DNA from: Candidatus Zixiibacteriota bacterium
GTDB taxonomy: Bacteria > Zixibacteria > MSB-5A5 > GN15 > JAAZOE01
Reading direction: 5' to 3'
Length of the DNA stretch: 64,000 nucleotides
NCBI GenBank assembly: GCA_043819555.1
Contig: JBDREQ010000066.1
Coordinates: 64,001 to 128,000 of the forward strand
The notes under the pieces were generated by a model that saw only the letters and a list, made by a program, of their open reading frames with translations, did not search any database and was not told the origin of the DNA. Position 1 is the stretch's first letter. The number at the start of each line of letters is the position of its first letter. Below, in pieces: positions 57,183 through 64,000 of this stretch. Both the position numbers and the translations under genes were made by a program.

Positions 57183-58145
57183 CTAATCGGGAACTATGCG
57201 AGTCCCATGCTTTCCGCCCAGCGCATCAATTGCCTTTTCGAATGAGGTAATTATAACTTCCTTACCTCCGTTAATCAAAAAATCAATAGCCGCTTCCATT
57301 TTAGGTCCCATTGATCCAGACGGGAAATGTCCCTCGCTGATATATTTTTTCGCCTCGGTAACAGAAATGTTATCGAGCCATTTTTGATTTTCCTGTCCGA
57401 AATTAATGGCGACCTTATCAACCGATGTCAGGATAATCAAGATTTCCGCGCCGATTTCACGACCCAGAACGGCTGAGGCGAGGTCTTTATCAATCACCGC
57501 GTCAACGCCTTCCAATCCCAGCACGGGATCGATATATACCGGTATTCCTCCGCCGCCTGCAGCCAGAACAATTACATGATTGTCAAGAAGCAGTTTAATG
57601 ATATCTTTTTCGACACAGGATAGCGGTTTCGGCGAAGCGACAACTCTCCTCCATCCGCGATCGGCATCTTTTTTGACTTGCCACCCGCTTTCAAAAGCGA
57701 GTTGTTTCGCTTTTTCTTCGGTATAAAATTGGCCAACATACTTGGATGGATTTTTTATCGAAGGGTCGGTGTGAGCGACGATCATCTGAGTAATGACGGT
57801 GCAAACCTTCCGATCCAATCCTTCTTTAGCCAGGCGATTCTGAAGTGATTGCTCAATCATGTACCCCATGCCGCCTTCGGTGTCGGCAACACATATCCCC
57901 AGCGGCAGAATGGGCGCCTTCCCGCGACCAAGCTCTACCCTGAGTATGGCATTACCCACCTGAGGACCATTGCCGTGAGTGATACAAAGATCATACCCAC
58001 GGCTTATCAGATTTATTATCGGAGCCAGTGACAGGCGGGTATTACCAAACTGGTTGGATATCGTGTCTTCAATATCCCGGCGCGTTATGGCATTTCCGCC
58101 CAGCGCGACTATCGCCCGTTTATTATGCGACTCTCTTTGGCTCAT
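57183..58145 (-). CDS. arcC: Carbamate kinase
   Basis: VALGGNA, THGNGPQVG, RRVVASP, GGGGIPV, VIDKD and GSMGPK. Confidence 0.96.
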   Translation of the reverse strand: MSQRESHNKRAIVALGGNAITRRDIEDTISNQFGNTRLSLAPIINLISRGYDLCITHGNGPQVGNAILRVELGRGKAPILPLGICVADTEGGMGYMIEQSLQNRLAKEGLDRKVCTVITQMIVAHTDPSIKNPSKYVGQFYTEEKAKQLAFESGWQVKKDADRGWRRVVASPKPLSCVEKDIIKLLLDNHVIVLAAGGGGIPVYIDPVLGLEGVDAVIDKDLASAVLGREIGAEILIILTSVDKVAINFGQENQKWLDNISVTEAKKYISEGHFPSGSMGPKMEAAIDFLINGGKEVIITSFEKAIDALGGKHGTRIVPD

Positions 58146-58151
58146 TGGTTT

Positions 58152-59489
58152 CTATTTTTTCTTTCTCGTTTTCTTGGCGAAGGCATTACCCAGAACATCG
58201 GCCAAATCAGGATGGCCAATTTCCTGAAGATTATACATGACTCGCACCGTCGGATGTTTAATCTTCAGCACCCGACGAAGATCAATCGGCGTCCCGATAA
58301 CAACCAAATCGCATTTGGTCGCGTTGATGGTTTTTTCCAGATCCTTGATCTGCTGTCCCGAATAACCCATCGCCGGAAGAAGAACACCAATATCAGGATA
58401 CTTCTCGAAAGTTTCCAACATTTTTCCAGTCGCAAAGGGCCGTGGGTCTACCAATTCGGCTGCTCCATATTTTTCGGCAGCGACAACACCGGCGCCATAA
58501 GTCATCTCACCATGCGTCAGAGTCGGGCCGTCTTCTACGACGAGAACCTTTTTGCCAAGGATCCGGCTGCCATTCTCAACATCCAGCGGTGAGGCGGCAT
58601 CAATGATTATTGCATTGGGGTTAACGGTTCTAACATTGGAGCGGACCTCTTCGACGCCTTCCGGGGACGCGGAATCAATTTTATTGATAACAATAACATC
58701 GGCGAGATGAACATTGGAAAGACCGGGATAATAAGTCATTTCATGGCCCGGACGATGCGGATCGACGACGGTGATATAAACATCGGCTTTGTAAAATGAC
58801 ATATCGTTATTGCCGCCGTCCCAGACAATCACGTCGGCTTCTTTTTCAGCTTCGCGCAGAATCATTTCATAATCAACACCGGCGTAAACGATTACACCGC
58901 GGTCGATATGAGGCTCGTATTCTTCCCGTTCCTCGATCGTGCATTTATGCTTATCAAGATCAGAATATTTGGCGAATCTCTGACAAGCCTGTTTGGCCAG
59001 ATCGCCGTACGGCATAGGGTGACGAATGGCGACTACTTTTTTACCCATATCCTGCAAAACCTGGCAAACACGCCGGGTTGTCTGAGATTTACCGCATCCG
59101 GTACGGGCGGCGCAAACCGCTACAACCGGTTTTTTGCTCTTTACCATAGTGGGTTCACCGCCGGCCAGCGAGAATGCCCCTCCCATGGCTATAACCCGAG
59201 AAGCTTTTGCCATTACACCTTCAAATGGAATATCGCTATAAGAAAAAACAACCTCATCTGCCTTGTACTTCACAATTAGCTTCGGAAGATCGGCTTCATC
59301 ATATATCGGAATACCTTTCGGATAGAGTTTCCCGGCCAAAGATTTTGGGTATTTACGCCCATCTATATCGGGAATTTGCGTCGCCGTAAAAGCGACAACT
59401 TCATAGTCTTTATTGTCGCGATATAAACAATTGAAGTTATGAAAATCCCTGCCTGCGGCCCCCATTATGATAATTTTCCTTCGTGACAT
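58152..59489 (-). CDS. cDPGS-like P-loop protein, probable arginine synthetase (ArcE type)
   Basis: MGAAGRDFHNFN, FTATQIP, RTGCGKSQT, IRHPMPYGDL, TIEEREEYEPH, WDGGNND, VEDGPTLTHG and LPAMGY; adjacent to arcC. Confidence 0.75.
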   Translation of the reverse strand: MSRRKIIIMGAAGRDFHNFNCLYRDNKDYEVVAFTATQIPDIDGRKYPKSLAGKLYPKGIPIYDEADLPKLIVKYKADEVVFSYSDIPFEGVMAKASRVIAMGGAFSLAGGEPTMVKSKKPVVAVCAARTGCGKSQTTRRVCQVLQDMGKKVVAIRHPMPYGDLAKQACQRFAKYSDLDKHKCTIEEREEYEPHIDRGVIVYAGVDYEMILREAEKEADVIVWDGGNNDMSFYKADVYITVVDPHRPGHEMTYYPGLSNVHLADVIVINKIDSASPEGVEEVRSNVRTVNPNAIIIDAASPLDVENGSRILGKKVLVVEDGPTLTHGEMTYGAGVVAAEKYGAAELVDPRPFATGKMLETFEKYPDIGVLLPAMGYSGQQIKDLEKTINATKCDLVVIGTPIDLRRVLKIKHPTVRVMYNLQEIGHPDLADVLGNAFAKKTRKKK

Positions 59490-59664
59490 TTTTTATTTCT
59501 CCATTTTCGTTTTCAATTTCGGTTTAATCAAATTACGCATAAATTTCGTTTCCGCAGGTTTTATATTGCCGAAGCGTGCCAGACAGTTTCGATTAGAAAT
59601 CTTTTCCAGCCGGTGCGAAATAGTCGTTTATTTTTTCGGTTCATGTTCACAATCTAAATCAAGT

Positions 59665-61161
59665 TTACTGGTTATCTATTTGAGCCCTCTGAATTGTCCC
59701 CGAAAAATCGACATAAACCGATTTCCATTCGGAAAATACTTCCAAAGCTTGCGTACAGGCTTCGCGATGGCCGTTACCGGTATGCTTGACGCCTCCAAAC
59801 GGGAGATGTGTCTCGGCTCCGATAGTAGGAGCGTTGACATAAAATATCCCGGTATAAACATCACGCATGGCTGAGAACGCGCGATTGACATCCTGAGTAT
59901 AAATCGAAGCTGACAATCCGTAAGCGCAATCATTGGCCAGCTTGATGGCGTGGTCATAGCTCCTGGCCGGAATCAGATCAGTTACTGAGCCGAAAATTTC
60001 TTCTTTGAAGATGCGCATTTTGTTAGTCACATCGCCAAAAATAGTCGGTTGGGTATACCAGCCTTTATTGTACTTCCCGCCTTTAAGACGTCCCCCTCCG
60101 CACAGAAGCTTGGCGCCGTCTTCTTCTTTGCCAATACGCATATATTCGAGAACGGTATTCATTTGAGATTCGTTCACTGCCGGACCCATTTCCGTTTTAT
60201 CATTAAGTCCGTTGCCCACTTTCAATGCTTTTGCACGGGCAACAAATTTTCGTGCGAACCTGTTATATATATCTTTGTGGAGAATAATCCGCGATGAGGC
60301 CGTACAGCGTTGTCCGGTTGTACCAAAGGCTCCCCAGAGGGCTCCGTCGACTGCTAAATCAATCCTGGCATCGTCCATAACGATAATGCAGTTTTTGCCA
60401 CCCATCTCAAGATGGCAATGTTTGAATTCGGGAGCGCATGCCTCAGAAATTCTGCGACCAATTTGAGTCGATCCGGTAAAAGAAATACATCCGACCCGTT
60501 TATCACGCATCAAAGGCTCCCCAACAGCCCCACCGGAACCTGTGACCATGTTTACGACTCCCGATGGAAGCCCTTCTTCGTGCATAATTTTGACGAGGTT
60601 GACAACCGATAACGGGGTATCTGTGGCCGGTTTGATCACAACCGTATTTCCCATAACTATAGCCGGCATCATTTTCCATGACGGAATCGCCATTGGGAAA
60701 TTCCACGGAGTAATCATGCCGCAGACACCGAGAGGCTGGCGAATCGACATGGCGAATTTGTTATACATTTCTGATGGCGTAGTCTGTCCGAATGACCGAC
60801 GGCCTTCTCCGGCCATATAAAATGTCATGTCAATCGCTTCCTGAACATCGCCCCGGGTTTCGGGCAATATCTTGCCCATCTCACGCGTCATATCGCGCGA
60901 AAGTTGCTCTTTTTCTTTAAGTAATCGCTGGGCGATCTTGTATAAAATTTCTCCTCGTTTGGGAGCTGGAACTAAACGCCATGTTTTGTACGCTTCCGTG
61001 GCGGCGTTGATGGCATCGTTAACATCCCGTTCATCCGATTTCTGAAAATGTCCGATAACATCAGTCGTATCCGCCGGATTAATGTTTGGAAAAGTCTTGC
61101 CGGTATGAGATCTTACCCATTGACCATTTATAAAATTTCTGTATGTTTTCGGTCTTGCCAT
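59665..61161 (-). CDS. NAD(P)-dependent aldehyde dehydrogenase
   Basis: ITPWNFP, FTGS, LEMGGKN, GQRCT, EEIFG and PFGG. Confidence 0.93.
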   Translation of the reverse strand: MARPKTYRNFINGQWVRSHTGKTFPNINPADTTDVIGHFQKSDERDVNDAINAATEAYKTWRLVPAPKRGEILYKIAQRLLKEKEQLSRDMTREMGKILPETRGDVQEAIDMTFYMAGEGRRSFGQTTPSEMYNKFAMSIRQPLGVCGMITPWNFPMAIPSWKMMPAIVMGNTVVIKPATDTPLSVVNLVKIMHEEGLPSGVVNMVTGSGGAVGEPLMRDKRVGCISFTGSTQIGRRISEACAPEFKHCHLEMGGKNCIIVMDDARIDLAVDGALWGAFGTTGQRCTASSRIILHKDIYNRFARKFVARAKALKVGNGLNDKTEMGPAVNESQMNTVLEYMRIGKEEDGAKLLCGGGRLKGGKYNKGWYTQPTIFGDVTNKMRIFKEEIFGSVTDLIPARSYDHAIKLANDCAYGLSASIYTQDVNRAFSAMRDVYTGIFYVNAPTIGAETHLPFGGVKHTGNGHREACTQALEVFSEWKSVYVDFSGTIQRAQIDNQ

Positions 61162-61218
61162 TCCGTCCTCCTGAAATTTATATTCGCCAACAAATTTGCG
61201 ATTTTTTTTAACGACCAG

Positions 61219-61236
61219 TAGTGAAATATTTCACTA
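61219..61236. promoter_or_regulatory. Rex-like operator
   Basis: Perfect palindrome TAGTGAA-ATAT-TTCACTA, close to TTGTGAA-N4-TTCACAA. Confidence 0.65.
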
Positions 61237-61251
61237 TCTCGTCCAAGACAG

Positions 61252-61282
61252 ATAATATATTCGTTTAAAATTGAAAGTCAAA
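61252..61282 (-). promoter_or_regulatory. Sigma70 promoter of the aldH operon
   Basis: TTGACT-N16-TATATT (or N18-TATTAT). Confidence 0.55.
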
Positions 61283-61429
61283 TCATTTAGGCATTTTGGT
61301 TGAGAATATTCACGTTGTGGGGCAATGAGTTACGAGGGTATTTAAATGAGAGGCAGATATGATAATTTTTGCCCGTGAAATTTCTCGAATATATAAATTT
61401 CGCGGTCAATATTGCATCCGTTTGATAAA

Positions 61430-62212
61430 TTATTTTGATCTGTTTTTAGCGCGTATCACAAACACCCAGGCGGGCAAAAAAGTATAAACAATCTTAAACA
61501 TCCAATGTGGCATTCGGGTTAGAAATGAATTTGGTTTTATGACATCATCGGCATAATATTTTTCAGGATTGTCTATCAGCCGCCTGGTATAGTCTATCAA
61601 ATCGAAATCTTTAAGCAGTTTTCGGAGATTTCGCAGGGATAACAGGTAGACATCATATTTGACTTTACGGCCCATTAGCTTCAGGTAAATGTGAGACATC
61701 CACAGTGGCATCCATGACAGACAAGGCAAAAAATAATGGCCCTCAATGAAGACGAAGCGATTCCCTGCGCCAAAATAACAAAACCCGTCAGGTGATAACA
61801 GGCGTTTAATTTCGGATGTCAGACCGCGCTGATCCTCGACATGTTCATATACCTGATTGCAAATGATGACATCGACCGAACCGCTTTTCAATGCTGATTT
61901 AGTTCCATCGCTGCATAAATAATCAATATTTGATAACGGTTTCTTTCGCTTGCCTGATCTTAAGCCTACAACGTCAACATCAAGGGCAATTACGCGTTTA
62001 AAATGTTGAGAGAATAATCCGGTCATAATAGAAGTGGATGCTCCCAGATCAAGAGCGATTAATTCATTCAGCGGACGTGAAGAATAATCCTGGCACACGG
62101 CAATAACTTTGGCCGCTTTTTTATTGCGTTGATCTTCATTGAAAAGGACTGGGAATCTTTCCGAAAAGGTGCCATCTTTTTCATAATCGTATTTTATCTG
62201 CGTTGTACTCAT
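61430..62212 (-). CDS. Class I SAM-dependent methyltransferase
   Basis: ALDLGAS, DVIICNQVYEHV and EIKRLLSPDG. Confidence 0.85.
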   Translation of the reverse strand: MSTTQIKYDYEKDGTFSERFPVLFNEDQRNKKAAKVIAVCQDYSSRPLNELIALDLGASTSIMTGLFSQHFKRVIALDVDVVGLRSGKRKKPLSNIDYLCSDGTKSALKSGSVDVIICNQVYEHVEDQRGLTSEIKRLLSPDGFCYFGAGNRFVFIEGHYFLPCLSWMPLWMSHIYLKLMGRKVKYDVYLLSLRNLRKLLKDFDLIDYTRRLIDNPEKYYADDVIKPNSFLTRMPHWMFKIVYTFLPAWVFVIRAKNRSK

Positions 62213-62888
62213 TCGGCTCCAACATGTAAATTTGGGATAAAGAAAACAATCCGGGTATAATCCGGGCCAGCATTTTTCCCAGCGGCTGGAGAATTTTCCA
62301 ATGTGGCGGGAATATCGAAACTGGGATTGTTTTCAGGACTGTCAATTCTGTTTTTATGAACAATTCTCTGACTCGTTTCGGTGAGAACAAACGGATATGT
62401 GATTCTTCGAAATGGCCAAGATGACTTTTCCCCAATACTAATTTTATCCTCGATAATAAATGGAATTCATTTGGAACGGATATGATTAAACAACCATTTG
62501 CATAGAGAGCCTGCCTGAATTTCTGAATAATTTTGATCGGGTCAAAAACCTGCTGGAGAACTTCCAGGCACATAATGACATCATATTTTTCCGGTAACGG
62601 TTCAGTCTCCAGATCACAAATAAAAGCATCATAACCCTGCCGTATTAAATCATTAACGGTATCGGTCGCGATATCGCATCCGCCGATAACATATCCATGC
62701 TGGCGCAGATAAATTAAAACCGTCCCCCGACCGCATCCGACATCAATAATTTTTTGACCCTTATCTTTGCGCAATAGAGATTCAACGAATTTAGCCCTCT
62801 GAATTGAACGGGCATCGGCGCTCGATATATCGCGTGTATGCCAGTAATTATTGAAGTACGCCCTTTTATGTGAGACATTGCTTAACAC
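62181..62888 (-). CDS. Class I SAM-dependent methyltransferase
   Basis: IIDVGCGRG, YDVIMCLEVL, LIISVPN and HIRLF. Confidence 0.87.
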   Translation of the reverse strand: MLSNVSHKRAYFNNYWHTRDISSADARSIQRAKFVESLLRKDKGQKIIDVGCGRGTVLIYLRQHGYVIGGCDIATDTVNDLIRQGYDAFICDLETEPLPEKYDVIMCLEVLQQVFDPIKIIQKFRQALYANGCLIISVPNEFHLLSRIKLVLGKSHLGHFEESHIRLFSPKRVRELFIKTELTVLKTIPVSIFPPHWKILQPLGKMLARIIPGLFSLSQIYMLEPNEYNADKIRL

Positions 62889-64000
62889 AGCGCGGGTTCC
62901 TTTTGATTTGCATCATGCGATAAATATTTTTTCAACCATTCGGCAAACGTACTGGCGGCGCGATCGACATCAAGTTCCTCGACGCAAGAGTTAAAATGAC
63001 CGGAATCAAACGACATACCCTGAATTATTTTTCTCATCGCATCGGCAAGCTCTCTCGGTGAATTATGGGGAACGACAAGGCCGGTTTGGTATTTTTCCGT
63101 AAAGTGTTTTAAATCTCCTATGTCGGTCACTATCACCGGCCTTTTTAACTGCATTGCTTCGCCGAAAGTAAGCGGCAGAGAATCGGCGTGCGTCGGGATT
63201 ACAACCGCCGCCGAACTCGATGCAATTCGAAACATCTTATCCCGGGTCAAAAATCCCAGATTTTTAATTCGGTCACTTAAACCATATGCATCAATTTTAG
63301 ACTGCAGTTTATTTTTATCGGGACCATCACCAATAAAACAAAGCGACCACGATGGAAATTCCTCTTGAATCAGATGAAACGCTTCCAGCAGATCAAAAAC
63401 TCCCTTTGATTTACATACGCGGCCGGGACAAACGACATAGTTCTCGGTTCGCGCCTTCTCTTCCACCCGAAAATCAACTTTGCGCATAGATGGTAAAAAG
63501 TAACATTGACGATCTGATAATTTTTGGACTAATTCCCCAAGAGCAATGCCATCGCTATAGATGCAATCGGCCGATTGAATTACATCAATTATTTCTTTCC
63601 CACGAACGGAAGCCGGGCGTAAGAATGAATATCAGAGCCAAGACACCAAACCGCATACGGAACGCTATAAAGATTTTTTAATTTTCTGGCAAAGATACCC
63701 GAAGGAGCAGCCCACAAGGCCAGCACAAAATCAAATTTCTTTTCTTGATGGAGTGTTTTTGTCTGGCTCCATCCGTTTCTGAAATATTTATAACTTTTGT
63801 ACCAACTTCGAGGCGAATACTTAGGGATAGAACCGATTGTCTTTTTTGTTTCCGACCACTTAAATCTTATCGCATTATATTCGTCGTCATATCGCTCGGC
63901 CTGGTGAAAAGGCGTCAGAACGGTCACATCGATTTCATTTTGCCTGAGACGTTTGACAAAATCAAAGACAAACGGAGAAGCCCCATCATCGGGATGAGCC
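62882..64000 (-). CDS. GT4 glycosyltransferase split by a -1 frameshift near 63595 (programmed frameshift, pseudogene or assembly error); 5'-truncated
   Basis: The N-terminal frame is open from the window end (LGSDIH...FVGKK*). The -1 frame continues GKEIIDVIQSAD...MRKV into GRVCKSKGVFDLL, GDGP and EAMQLKRPVIVTDIG. Confidence 0.8.

Noticed and set aside
59565..59582. TGGCACG...GGCA as a sigma54 promoter before the ArcE-like gene
   Set aside because: Spacing is GG-N9-GC, not the required N10.

Overview
This 64 kb window is bacterial chromosome from an anaerobic or facultative diderm. The protein style (NYPNPFN/FlgD-Ig C-terminal domains, dockerin and cohesin-like modules, D-S/T-rich lipoproteins) suggests the FCB group, possibly candidate Zixibacteria; that assignment is an inference. 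From left to right it contains: (1) a partial DUF4097 gene and a signalling/repair cluster (HDOD, YprB/MrfB-like, HEAT, DxxGxDxY-repeat protein); (2) a sigma54-type PEP-CTERM fibro-slime gene and a fused 2-oxoacid dehydrogenase E1; (3) a cohesin/dockerin lipoprotein, a Spy-like gene and a cobalamin-riboswitch btuB plus dockerin-bearing beta-propeller operon; (4) a System I*-type ccmABCDEF cluster beside an MtrA-like decaheme/porin/lipoprotein-cytochrome conduit; (5) lepB-lepB-rseP-dxr-cyclophilin; (6) hsp20, hbd-ackA, nfnAB and a stand-alone fusA; (7) a ~14 kb co-oriented cluster with a Rex-like operator (aldehyde dehydrogenase, ArcE-like arginine synthetase, arcC, cca, sucCD, korDABC, ndk, larA homologue, mdh, icd); and (8) methyltransferases plus a glycosyltransferase split at a G GGA AAG slippery site. 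Several intergenic regions hold modular REP-like palindromes. I saw no tRNA, rRNA, CRISPR array or transposase. All family calls come from reading motifs by eye, with no database searches.
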